The notes under the pieces: generated by a model
The model's database searches: none
Seen by the model: the letters and a program-made list of their open reading frames with translations, nothing else
What the model was told of the DNA's origin: nothing
Translations under genes and position numbers: made by a program
NCBI GenBank assembly: GCA_030390025.1
Contig: CM059432.1
Location: forward strand, 82,338,001 to 82,402,000
Direction of reading: 5' to 3'
Source of the DNA: Squalus acanthias
Taxonomy: Eukaryota
DNA length: 64,000 nt
Part shown: positions 48,721-60,530 of the stretch, piece by piece
How the letters are laid out: the number at the start of each line of letters is the position of its first letter
Numbering within the stretch: position 1 is the stretch's first letter

Positions 48721-50134
48721 ATACACACGCAAACATACTTTTCACATACCTTGTTTATATTATAACACTTCCTGTGAAGGCAGCACTGTATTTGTATGAA
48801 GCAGTTTACATGCAGAAAAAAAGCAAAAATTAAATGAAGAAGAAACTAATAAAAATATCTGCAAGAGGGACGAAGGGAGTGAAAGAGAGTGGAAGCAAAG
48901 GACATAATGGGAGAAACAAAAGAGAATGAGATATGTGAGACAGAGAGAGAGAGCAAGAAAGGAGGAAAAGAAGCTAGGAAGAAAGAGAGTAAGGAAAGGC
49001 ACGAGAGAGAGAATGGAAAGTCATAGAACCAAAAATACAAAACAGTGAGAAAAAGACAAACAAGATTTTTTGTAGTCTGAGATTTTTCGGTCTTGGCAGT
49101 CATCGCTGGTGTTATAGTGGCCCAGCGTTCATCACAGTCAATTTCCTATATGCGGTAATGGAGGGTTCTGAGTCTCCATTTCCTGTAGGTGACTATATAT
49201 AGAATCGTGGAGATGCAGGCTTCAGATACTCAAAAATCCTGCATTGTCTGTTCTGACTAAGGATGATTCAAAACCAACGAAAGTCCTAAAAAATCATTTT
49301 ACACACTGAAATGTTCTTAGGAACATAGAAGTGTACAGGACAAGAAAACATTACTGCAGTCCATCTGACTGGTCCCAAAGTTCAAAAAATACCACACTAA
49401 ACTCCAACTCTTACAGCCCTCAATCACTTGTTCTGCCTGTCTAACTCCCTCTTGAATATGCCAATACAATATGCCTCTACTGTCTCCAATGTGCGGTCTA
49501 TTCCACATATTCACCACCCTCTGTGTGACATAGTACAGATTATACAGATACTATACCGATAGTGGTGTATAAATGGACTGACTTCACAAGACAAAGATCA
49601 TTCATGCCAGTGGTGATTCAGAACCATTTGTCTTTCTTACTTGTGAATCAAATCCAGTTATGTTTGTTACAGATGCAACAGTCTTCATTTAATTTATAAG
49701 GCATTTTTGCACTGCCCTTTCTTTTGAAAAAAATGGCTATACTTAAATATTTAGTCTCATAATTATGATTCCGTGCTGAGTAGAGGTCAGCTTACATCGT
49801 CTACATCAACATCTAACAAGCTGTTAATTATGCAATAATTTGTGTTTTAATTACTGCAGGATATTAAACAGCTAATTTTAAGCAATAATTAGTCATTTTT
49901 AATTATAAGAGGTTGTTAAACAGTTAATATTTATGTAATAATTAGTGATTTAGTGACATCAAGATATAACATTCTTGCAGTAAATCCAGCTACTACAGAT
50001 ATCTTTGTAATAAATTAATTACTAGATAAGTTTAATGAGAGATATGCATGTGAATTGTCAGTCACAAGAATAGAACCAAATTAAGCTAAACTTGCTTTGA
50101 TAAAGGCACAAAATAACATGCTGCGTACACCCAC

Positions 50135-50352
50135 CTTTAAAGTCCTTTCCAAAACCCATAGAGGAAGTGACGGCGCTCTTTCTATGTTCGCTGCTGCCAG
50201 ATTTCTCTTTCATCATCTCATCATCACTGTTTGAATTAGTCGAGCCCATTTTCTTTCTTTTCTTCTGTCGAGGTGGTAGTTTTTGGGGGAAAGTGAACAT
50301 TGGCACTATAACTAGAAGCATGGCAATCGCACAAAGCAAAAATCCACTCCAC
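50135..50352 (-). CDS. SLCO5A1: SLCO5A1 internal coding exon, 218 bp (upstream of the 507-671 exon)
   Basis: Translates WSGFLLCAIAMLLVIVPMFTFPQKLPPRQKKRKKMGSTNSNSDDEMMKEKSGSSEHRKSAVTSSMGFGKDFK, a TM helix plus cytoplasmic loop of OATP5A1. Acceptor ccttgcAG and donor GTGGGT. The spliced reading is FGKDFK-D-IPKAAVRIL. Confidence 0.95.
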
Positions 50353-50638
50353 CTGCAAGGTTTTTTTGGGGGGGGAGGAACAAGAAAAGAATACAAGGCA
50401 AAAACATGATGAGAATTTGTTTTTGGATTATTGTGAGACACAAATCAATTCTATAATAAATATTGTGTTGGATCTAGAATTTCATTAAAAACATAAGAAT
50501 AGGAAAATGTTATTGTATCAAAAGACACAAAGCTCAAATCTACATGATCAATATAGAATAGGCAAGGTCAAAAATAGATCATAAATAGCCTCCCTGCCAA
50601 AAGAAAATTGATACAGGAAGTTCTAGAAATTACATATT

Positions 50639-51482
50639 GGGCTCAATTTTCACCGGCCCGTGGAGGCGGGTTTGGAGGCGGGAGTGGTGTGAAAATAGCA
50701 GATTCGGGGGTCCCGAACCCATCCTGCCCCCAACCCGCCTCCATGCCAGTTTCGCTGGAGGCGGGTACCCGACCTGTGCTGGGACCCGCCTCCCCGAGGC
50801 GGGAAGGGGATTAGTGCCAATAAACTGCCTGTTAACAGGTAGTTAACAGGCAGTTTTTTGCCTAATCCCTATTTTTAGCCCTTAAGTGTGGGCTTCCCGA
50901 CAGGTCCGAACCACGTCGATTTAGCGAGGCGGACCGTCGGTCTGGAGGGCTTGGAGGGGTCGAGATGTCCGGTGTGCAGGTGAGTGATGGGTGCATGAGT
51001 GCAGAGGTAAGTGTGTTTGGCGTGTGTAAAGTGTTTTAAGAACTTTTACTTACCTTAACTTTGTCCTGCAGGCTAGCTTCCTTAAGGTGTCGGGAGTCCC
51101 TCACATCCACGGCACAGAAAGCAGAATGGCCGCGGAGCTGTTAAAAGCTGCAGTCTCTGCTTTCTGTGCTGGATTGATTTCTAACTGAGTCTAAGTACAG
51201 GGACTCAAGTTAGAAATCATATTGTCAGTGTTTGCCTGCTTCACAGAGCTGTCAAACGCTGAAATTTCATCTGTCAAAAGCTCTTGACAGATGAAATTTC
51301 AATGGCTGACGTCACCTGTATCCAAGGGACCCCTGATTGGCTTGCTGAGCCCGCTGGGCGGGCTTAACAAGGTCAATCAAGGGAAAATACAGTGGGTTGG
51401 CTACAAGTCAATGGAGGCGGGACGGCAACCCAAAAAGTGGGAGTCCCGCCTCCATCACGTCCCCATTGACAAAATCCAGCCC
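50639..51482. mobile_element. Harbinger-type MITE, 844 bp
   Basis: TIRs GGGCTCAATTTT / AAAATCCAGCCC and ATT TSD. Contains internal palindromes. Confidence 0.82.
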
Positions 51483-53259
51483 ATTATATCAATTCAATAC
51501 AGATAATAAAACACTGTGGGGGCAAAATTGGCCTCGGTAGCGCCCGTTCTTTGGCGCTAAGAGTATCGTTAGGGTTCAAAAATAGCGTCTACGCCACGCA
51601 TGCACACTTCTGACATGAAGCGCGCTGGATGCCATCTTGGTAAAGGGGTTAGTGCATGCACGCTTAATGCCTGCTGGAAGTATGCAGAGCAGGCAGACCA
51701 TGATGTCAATCAGCGTGTGCACTGATTTGACACCAGCGCTGCCATTTTGGAACTCCACGCTCCAGCCGACGCCCTCTCTTAACCTCGCATAGCTGAACAT
51801 GCGTTAAGCAGCATGAAGGACCCCCCACCAGCGCTATTTAAAGGGATTATCAACTTCTTACAGGTTAGTTGCTGGTTTATTTCCGCTGGCTGTTGCTACA
51901 ATTCTACACAGTTTTGGTGCTTTCCATACTTGTTGCAAGTTTCAAAAGTTACAGGGAGTGGTGTGGCAGGTGCTGAAGTACTTTTTGCTGACTTCAAGGC
52001 TTCCGCACAAACCAGGTGCTCCCAGACATTGGTGCACTTGGAGGCCTTCCTCTTGGAATTGAGAAAGACTGGGAGAATGAGCAGAGGCCACGCAGAGCAG
52101 GACAAGCAGCTAGAAGAGGGAGGGGGAGGAGGAAGAGGAGGACGAGGAAGAGCAGGAGGCGAAAGAGGATGAAGAGGAAGGGAGGCTACTACCTAGACAG
52201 CCACTTTCTGCCCAGGCTGTACGTGAAGAACTAATTCAAGTGCGATACCAGTAATCTCAACCCCAATTCAACCAACAGTCCCACACTCCTTACCTTCCCT
52301 CTGTTACTGACCATCACATCGTCCTCTTGGCCCCAATGCAAAAATAAAAGCCAACACAAAATACACATTCCAAACCAAATTTATGAATTAAATTATTGCG
52401 TATTGCTTACAAACTTAAACTAATCATCCTTCTGCATTCCCAAGAGCCTGTCTCCGTGTGCCTTTGCCTGTCTGAATGCTCTGACGCTGTGCTACTCCAG
52501 TGGCTGCAGCATGGCTGGTGGAAGGCTGCTGACTTTCAGTGGAGGAGACTGCAGATGGCCTTGGAGGACGACCTCGAGCAGCTCTGGGCCTAGAAGGCCT
52601 GGCTTCAGACTGTACCATCTCGGCCTGGGCGAGAGCAGTCAGGGCTGGCTGGCTGACAGGCAACCGCAAGGGCACTGGTGGAGTGGCAGGGGTGGCATCA
52701 CGAATGCTGTCATCTTGAGAGAGGACAGCAGGTTCGTGCTCCATGGGGCCACTGCCACTCCCCCAGGGTGGTGCCTCAGCAATGCTAGTAATCTGATGGA
52801 GGACAGATTGTTGGACTGCTGTGACACTCTGCAAGTCCCTTTGAACAATAGTATCCACAGCCATGATGGTCGGATTTTTGGTGGAAGCTGCTTGTGCTGC
52901 AATGGAAGCTGAGACATCGGCCATCAGATGGTGCATCATGCTTGGGTCCACAAGTGTGTTGATGGAGTTGACCACTAGTTCCTTGCTGGACAGGATCGGC
53001 TCGAAGCTCTAGGCAAAGCCCTATGCAAAGTTGCTGCCAGACTCCTCCATGCTCCTTGACATTGAATGCAGGCTTTCTGGCAGGCTTCCCAATACACAAA
53101 GCATTTTGTTGTGTACACCCATCAGCCTTCCCCATAGAAGTCCTCAACTGAGTTCTGTTCAGCAGAACTCGTGTGCGACCTCGCCCTCCGGCGAGCTGGA
53201 ATCTGACTATCCTTGCCCCTGCCCCGGCGGCAGCGCACTTGTGCCCGGTGTCTCACTAC

Positions 53260-53390
53260 CGATGTTCCCTACAAGCTGCGCTTTGGTCTGCGCGGCCTGT
53301 TTCTTTTCATTTAAATTTCTGTGCATGCGCGGTATGCAGTGAGCGGCCTGCGCAGGAGCTTTGAGATTACACACCTTAACGGGAACATTG
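53260..53390. mobile_element. hAT-type MITE, 131 bp, nested in the Myb exon-3 relic
   Basis: TIRs CGATGTTCCC / GGGAACATTG and 8-bp TSD CTCACTAC/CTCACCAC. Same termini as 20806-20965. Confidence 0.8.
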
Positions 53391-53965
53391 CTCACCACAT
53401 GCAGATCCTGCCTCTATGCTATCCTCAAAAATAGCGGACTGTCAGTATCTGAGCTGGTGAATGCGACTGTGAAATCGGGTGACGGTGTATCTTCATCATC
53501 ACTGTCTTCTTGGTCTTCCTCCACTGCCTGGGCAGGTTGCACTTCTTGGGTATCTGAAAGGAAAAAGGGACAAGGATAAGATTATGGTGAGGGGAGAGGG
53601 GAAAGTAAGAAGTGCATGGTTACACCATGTGCAGCTTGTAAGTCAGAAGAGATTGTGAGATGAGGGGGAAGTGGGATGTGAGAAGGAGGATTAGGTGTGA
53701 GGATACCATCATCTTCAATAGATTCAGCCCCGAGGCTGGCCACGGATTCAGCATTGGCCCTTCCCATTATGGCCAGCACTGTTTCCTCCATGGGGGTTAG
53801 AACACGCAGGTGCGCCTCTCCATGTCCGGTTAGTTCCAGCTGCCTCCGATTGCATGCCAGCTTCTCCTGCAAGAGAGAGGGAAGTGTGTCAGTGAGTGTC
53901 GTGCAATATGTTTGGGTGATGTGGCTGTCATAGCTGATTAGCTGGCAGTGTGTGCAAACTGTGAG

Positions 53966-54870
53966 ATTTGTTTTATTCGTTCCTGGGATGTGGGTGTCGC
54001 TGGCAAGGCCAGCATTTATTGCCCATCCCTAGGTGCCCTTGAGAAGGTGGTGGTGAGCCGCCTTCTTGAACTGCTGCAGTCCTTGTGATGAAGGTACTCC
54101 CACAGAAGAGATTGTGAGATGAGAGACTGTTAGGTAGGGAGTTCCAGGTTTTTGACCCAGCGACGATGAAGGAATGGTGATCTATTTCCAAGGCAGGATG
54201 GTGTGTAACTTGAAGGGTTGCTTGCAGGTGATGGTGGTGGAGGGAGTGAATGTTTAAGGTGGTGGATGGGGTGCCCTTCAAGCGGGCTGCTTTGTCCTGG
54301 ATGGTGTCGAGCTTCTCGAGTGTTGTTGGAGCTGCACTCATCCAGGCAAGTTAAGAGTATTTCATCACACTCCTTACTTGTGCCTTGTAGATGGCGGAAA
54401 GGCTCTAGGGAGTCAGGAGGTGAGACACTCGCCGCAGAATACCCAGCCTCTGACCCGGTCTTGTTGCCACAGTATTTATGTGTCTGGTCCAGTTAAGTTT
54501 CTGGTCAATGGTGACCCCCCAGGATGTTGATGGTGGGGGATTCGGTGATGGTAATGCCATTGAATGTCAAGGGGTGGTGGTTAGACTCTCGCTTGTTGGA
54601 GATAGTCATTGCCTGGCACTTGTGTGATGCAAATGTTACTTGCCACTTATCAGCCCAAGCCGGAATGTCGTTCAGGTCTTGCTACATGCAGGCATGGACT
54701 GCTTCATTATCTGAGGAGTTGCGAATAGAACTGAACACTGTGCAGTCATCAACGAACATCCCCATTTCTGACCTTATGATGGAGGGAAGGTCATTGATGA
54801 AGCAGCTGAAGATGGTTGGGCCTAGGACACTGCCCTGAGGAACTCCTGCAATGATGTCCTGGGGCTGAGA
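53966..54870 (-). mobile_element. CR1-Zenon-like LINE 3' portion, nested in the Harbinger Myb intron 1
   Basis: Peptides [30 protein letters not shown] and IQDKAARL. Same 3' UTR as 3440-4015. Confidence 0.85.
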
Positions 54871-56217
54871 TGACAATTGGTAGGATATGGCATTTGAAGC
54901 TGCATTCACTGATCTTGACCACTCGTGTGAGGTCATTAAACTTCTTGCGGCACTGCATCCAGGTCCTCGGGGCTAAACTTCTGGCATTGACCTCTGCGGC
55001 TATCTGTTACCACTGCCTTGTTATTATGTGTTTGGCGGGCCTCCTGCTCCCCCCCCCGCCCTGCGGATACAGGACATCTCTCTGCCTTTCCACCTCCTCC
55101 ACCAAGACCTCCAGTGCAGTGTCGGAAAACCTTGGTGCCCGCTCTCTCCCATGGTCAGCCATTGTTCTTTGTTGCACAACACTATTCCGAATGATCTCAG
55201 CACCTCCAGCAGCCACAATGCATCTTCCCTTTAAGAGGTGCAGGCTAACTTTAAGTAGTACTAGCAAGTAACAATATTGGGCCCCCTGCTGATGTGTGCA
55301 GCCAATGAACAGCGTGGTTAGCGTTGGCTGCATGCAGCAATAATTATAATGAGCAGGCAGCACGAAGTTGGTGAGCTGCCTGCATTACTTTGAACGGGCG
55401 CGGGGTAATCGCGCATCACAATCCCCACGCCCCTCTTCTGGGGCTATCCAATTTAGGCCCCACAGAGGCAAAAAGAATATTTATAGAAAGCAAGATTGAC
55501 TCAGGCTAGTTTCAAAGGTACGGTGGCCTACCTCAGGAGCAAGACACAGTATAACCCCATTCCAGTCAAATAGTCAATCCTAACAAAAGTTGGTTGGTAA
55601 TCAGTATCATTATTATCAATAAAAGAAATTAATTCAGCAGTCCTGTATCATGTTTAAACTGTGCAAAATGAGAGACAATCAACACTTATTACAAGTAAAA
55701 CACCCCGGGGTAAAAATTCAGTTGGTTGCGCCTCCCGTTAGCGCCTTAAGAGGGCGCTAATGGGGCGCAAAGCCGCTAGCGCCCGGGCGCAGCGATGTTT
55801 GCGCCGCTCGGGAACTTAACTAGAGATTGTGCGGCGGCGCTAAACTTTACCGCCGCGACCACCTGCGCGCGCAGATTGTGACGTCATTCCATGGTGCAAC
55901 GCCCTTGTGGCGCCCCGGAGCGGAAATTGAGTGGCGCCCCCTGCCTTACCGCCTGGCGCATCCAACGACCGGAAGACTGGAACGCTATCAATCGCTGTGG
56001 GGCTGTGGGGGGCGCTATTTAAAGGGGGCCTCTTCCTGTCTTTTTCTGTGGTTGACATTTATGCACCACTCGTTCTGAGAGAGAGAGAGAGATTCGGAGA
56101 GAGAGAAAGAGAGACTTCTGCATTGAGTCAACGCTTTGTGAGGTAGTTTTGCCTACTGATCCTAACTTCGCTGCCACTTTGGTTGCTGTCCTTCATTACT
56201 TTGCTTGCAAAGAGACT

Positions 56218-57373
56218 ATGGGGGCTGCACTGATTGGGGGCGTCGTCCTGCTCCAGCTGAATCGGAGGACACAGAGACGCAGAGAGTGGTAATGATGGCC
56301 AGACGGAGGAGGGCCAACAGGCGTATGTACAGGAGAGCTTACCCTCCCAGGGTATATCGTGAACAGCTCTCCTACATTCATATGTCTGAGGAGCTGTGTT
56401 TGCGAAGGCTGCGATTCAGCAAGGAGGTGGTCACTGAGCTCTGCCACCTGCTGCAGCCAGATCTGCAGCCTCAACTGAGGTCCAGGACGTCTCTGTCGGT
56501 GGCAGTGAAGGTCACAGTTGCTCTCAACTTCTATGCTACTAGCTCATTTCAAGCTGCTGCTGGGGACCTCGCCAATATCTCCCAGTTCGCGGTGCATTGC
56601 TGCATCCGGCAGGTCACAATGCCCTCTTTAAAAGGAGACGAGAGTTCATCTCTTTCCCCATGACCGCAGACAAGCAGCGTGACCGCGCTCTGGGCTTTGC
56701 GAGGATAGCGGGCTTCCCCATGGTGCAGGGCGCCATTGACTGCACGCATGTGGCTTTGCGTGCTCCACATGAGAATGCCGAGGAATTCCGGAACAGAAAG
56801 GGGTTCCATTCCTTGAATGTTCAGTTGGTCTGTGACCACAGACAGCTGATACTCGCTGTCAATGCCCACTATCCTGGCAGCTGCCACGATGCTTTTATCC
56901 TGCGCCAGACTACTGTGGCAGAACTTTTCGAGGCACCGCATCAGCCAGTTGGTTGGCTTCTCGGGGACAAGGGGTATCCATTGAGCACCTGGCTGATGAC
57001 ACCGCTCCGTACGCCCAATACCCCTGCTGAGCTGCGGTACAATGAGAGCCATCAAGCTACCAGGAACATCATTGAGCGCACAATCGGCGTGCTGAAGCAA
57101 CGGTTCCACTGTCTCGACCATTCTGGAGGAGCCCTGCAGTACTCGCCTGAGCGAGTATCCAACTTCGTAGTTGTGTGCTGCATGTTGCATAACATGGCAA
57201 TCGTCAGGACCCAGCCAATGCCACCAGGCCTTGGAGCACCACCAGAGGAGGAGGAGGAAGAGGAGGAAGAGGACGAGGAGGATGATCATCAGCAGCACCA
57301 AGGCGGGAGGGCGGCCCACAATGATGAAACTGCAAGGGCCGTCCGTCAACGGCTGATAGCAAGCCGCTTCTAG
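56218..57373 (+). pseudogene. HARBI1-like DDE transposase with two apparent 1-bp frameshifts
   Basis: Reads MGAALIG..., RAYPPRVYR...LRFSKEVV...AVKVTVALNFYA, GAIDCTH, NRKGFHSLNVQLVCD, PGSCHD, LLGDKGY and RNIIERTIGVLKQRF. Frame changes near 56290 and 56617. Confidence 0.92.
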
Positions 57374-57685
57374 GGCCCCTGCTGTGGAAATGGCTTCTGC
57401 CATTGCTAACAACATCAATGAACCCAGCACGCAACCCCTAAGCCGGCCAAGGCACCAATAATTCCAAACACCAAACATGTATATTTTGAATACAAAAACT
57501 TATTTATTTTACAAACTCTGTGTGTGTCATTTCCTCATGACAAACTCATAGAAATAAACACAAAAAAACAGTCAATAACATAACTGGTTCTCACAACCTG
57601 GAGATAATGTCCAAAACACTAAACAAAAGTTGGACCACGAACCTCGGCCTTTAATAAAAAAATGACCAGCATTTTGTCACACCTC

Positions 57686-59559
57686 CTACTTTTTGCCCTT
57701 CGAGGGTGATCTCCTTCCCTTGCGCACTTCCCCCCTTCTAACCCTACTGCTCCTCCGTAATGGGACCTCAGTGGCTGCAGCAAGGCTGGTGGAAGGCTGC
57801 TGATCGTCAGACCCTGACACTGCAGATGCCCCTGAAGGACGGCCTCGACCAGTTCTGGGCCTGGAGGGCCCGGCTGCAGACTGCACCAACTCTGCATGGG
57901 CGGCAGCAGTCTGTCCTACAGGCGGTGGCAAGTGCAGTGGAGAAGTGACAGTGTTGGCAGCAGGAATGCTGTCATCGTGAGAGAGGACAGCAACTCCCTG
58001 CTCGCCCGACACACTGGCACTCCCACGGGGCAGCACTTCAGCATCCGGAGCAATCTGCTGGAGCACAGATTGCTGGCCTGCTGCGGCGCGGTGAGAGCCC
58101 CGGGGACATGTGAACGAACCATCGAGGTTGGCAGCAGTCAGTGCTCGCGTGGCCTCAATCTGAGTCTGCATGAGAGCAGTCAGAGATGGGATCACGGCAG
58201 TCAGTGACTGAATTGCAGCACTAAGCGTTAGTGTGGCATCTGCCTGTGCTACAGCGAAGTGCTCCACACTCCTTGCCAGTGACTCAATGCATTTGGGCAC
58301 CCTTCCCACTGCACCCATGAGCTCAGTGTGCATGCCCACCGCCTGGGTGTTCATTTCTGCGATCAGCCGCTCCTCCTCTGCGTCCATTGCAGTAGGAGTC
58401 TCTGGCATACTCTCCCTCTGGGGAGAAGGCCCCCGTTCTTCCCTACCCCCATGGCGTTGCTGCAGCCCGCTGGGTCCTGGAGCTTCACCCTCATCAGACC
58501 CTTCCCCCCTGCTCCCCTCCAGGGAAGGCGTGTTCCCAGTGTGGGCATGGGCTTCCTCGGGAGAGGGTGGCACTGATGCTCCGGCTTCCTCTTCCTCCTC
58601 GGCTGCAGCTTCACTCTCAGTGGCAGCTTCAGGGCCCGTCTCCTCAGCTGGTGAATCACCATCTGAAAGCAGGGAGGTACAAGAGTGGCTTTAGCGTGAG
58701 GACAGGGTGGCAGTAAGGGAGGAATAAGTGCAGCGAGTTAGCAAGTTGGATTGAAAGTGTCAAAGGCTGGTGTTGTGAGGGACAAGTGGAAGGACAGAGG
58801 ACAAAAAGGTGATGACCTTACCATTGCTGTCCAGAACGGGGTCGGCGTCTCCAGTGGCGACGGGACCGATCACCCGGCTTGCCACAATCCTGTGGACGCG
58901 CTCCTCAAGATCGCTGAGGGGTTGCAACTGAGGCCGCCCTCCACCTGTCCGTTGCTGCTGTCTCCTATTATGCGCCAGCTTGGCCTGCAAGAAAAAGGAC
59001 AGCATCTGAGTAAATATACAGCCATGGTCTTGCCTGATGTGCCTCCCATAGGTGAATAGCCCTTACTGTATGCAGCCATGGTCTTGCCTGTTGTGCCTCC
59101 CATAGGTGAATAGCCCTTACTGTATGCAGCCATGGTCTTGCCTGATGTGCCTCCCATAGGTGACTAGCCCTTACTGTATGCAAAGTGTGGAATGTGTGTG
59201 TGTGTTTCATGAAAGGGCCATAGGTGTTGGATGAGTGTTGTGCATTGGGGTTTTAAGACCCTCTGGCCATAGAGTGAGGTTGAGATGGAGGGATGGAGAG
59301 GTATTGAGAAAAAGCCACTCACCCTGACGACCCGAGTGAGGTCGTTGAACTTTTTGCGGCATTGAACATGTGTCCTGGGCACCATGCTCCTGGAGGAGAC
59401 GCTCTGAGCCACCTCCCTCCACACTCTTCTGTACTCGCGTGGCAAAGGCCTCCTGCCACTCTCAGGGAAGAGTATACATCTTCTGCGCTCCACCGCGCCA
59501 ACCAGAGCATCCAAGGCCCGCTCGGTGAAGCGATGAGCTCGTTCTCTCACCCTCTCCAT
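57686..59559 (-). CDS. Harbinger Myb/SANT-like DNA-binding protein, three exons (59323-59559, 58822-58984, 57686-58662), 458 aa
   Basis: Exon 1 MERVRERAHRFTERALDALV...VWREVAQSV...RTHVQCRKKFNDLTRVVR is a Myb/SANT-like (MSANTD/NAIF1-type) domain. GT-AG introns in phases 0 and 1. The spliced 1377-nt ORF has no internal stop. Confidence 0.85.
59020..59181 (+). repeat. 3 x 54-bp tandem repeat in Myb intron 1
   Basis: AGCCATGGTCTTGCCTGATGTGCCTCCCATAGGTGAATAGCCCTTACTGTATGC starts at 59020, 59074 and 59128. Confidence 0.95.
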
Positions 59560-60319
59560 CCTTGGCAGCAAAATGGATTCACAGGTCTCTCCAGGCCGAG
59601 ATTCAAGGCTGCAATGAGCAGGGTGTGGCTGGGGAGCAAGTTGCCCCCCCCCCCCCCCGCCTTAAGAACTGGCCGGCGCCAGTATGTCTGTGTTCCCTCG
59701 CTAACTGGCAGCACCTGCGCTGCGCTCGCGCGCTGAGTTAGCGCCTCACTGCTCGGCCTTTGCGCCTTAAGACAGGTGTGCAGCGCCTGATTTAGCTCTC
59801 CACTCACCTCCCGGGGCGGTAAAAGTGAAGTTTCCAGTCAGTGGCGATAATTAGCGCCAGGCGCTAATATTTGCGTCCAGACGATATTTGCGCCCCAAAC
59901 GGGGCGCGACCTAATTTTTCCCCCCCCAATTCTTACAATAATGGTATGCTTGAAGAATACAAAATGTCTGATTTTCATATGGGAGCATCTCTATAAAGGA
60001 TGTGCTGCATTAGCCTTTTCAAATCTAACATCAATGAATGATTGCAATGGACAGTTTCAATGTTTGCTAAGAGTCAGCAGGTTCCTCTCTCCCAAACAGA
60101 AATTGACAACAATGAGCCTTTAACTGGGTCAGGAATTAGGACTGTAACAAGTGTAAGACAGAAACAATCAACTCTGTTAAACTCTCTGCCACAATGTGCC
60201 TCCCACTGACCCTAATTGTTCCAACAGTTTGCATTGACTTGGGTTTTCCCAAATCATTTCATCTCCTGAGGGACACACATTACCACAAGTAAAAACAAGG
60301 AGCCTTGGATTTAAACAGC

Positions 60320-60530
60320 AACAACTCATATTTATATAGCGCCTTTAACATAGTAAAACGTCCCAAGGCGCCTCAAAGGAGCACTATAAAACAAAATTTG
60401 ACACCGAGCCACACAAGGAGATATTGGGGCAGAAAAGAGGTAGGTTTTAAGGAGCGTCTTAAAGGAGGAAAGAGAGGTAGAGAGGCGGAGAGGTTTAGGG
60501 AGGCAATTCCAGAGCTTAGGGCCTAGGAGC
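60320..60530 (-). mobile_element. L2-type LINE 3' end
   Basis: ATTTATATAGCGCCTTT...CGTCCCAAGGCGC is the reverse complement of the tail shared with the DeuSINEs. Confidence 0.6.

Larger units (their letters stand above)
672..50134 (-). other. SLCO5A1: 49,463-bp TE-rich phase-1 intron of SLCO5A1
   Basis: GT...AG ends join two exons that are contiguous in the protein. No intervening coding exon is needed. Confidence 0.88.
51518..55461. mobile_element. Harbinger element with transposase core deleted and a decayed three-exon Myb/SANT gene on the minus strand
   Basis: TIRs GGGGGCAAAATTGG / CCAATTTAGGCCCC. Exon 1 reads ERAPRFSDTALEVLVEEVERQRDVLYP...RTWMQCRKKFNDLTRVVK (about 54915-55150), exon 2 is about 53705-53866 and exon 3 about 52424-53553. 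Only the acidic transposase tail remains (about 52110-52180). Confidence 0.8.
55707..59924 (+). mobile_element. Near-intact full-length PIF/Harbinger transposon, 4218 bp
   Basis: TIRs GGGGTAAAAATT / AATTTTTCCCCC and CCC TSD (55704-06, 59925-27). Convergent transposase and Myb genes with poly(A) signals between them (about 57500-57660). Confidence 0.92.

Noticed and set aside
51515..55464. TSD for the 51518-55461 element
   Set aside because: The flanks are TGT and ACA, which do not match, so no TSD is claimed. The two ends may come from different insertions or may have mutated.
56218..57373. Domesticated host HARBI1 gene
   Set aside because: It is flanked by TIRs and a TSD, is frameshifted, is paired with a Myb gene and has paralogous relics in the same window, so it is a transposon copy.
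56549..57478. 309-aa minus-strand ORF
   Set aside because: It is the antisense shadow of the transposase ORF and has no recognisable motif.
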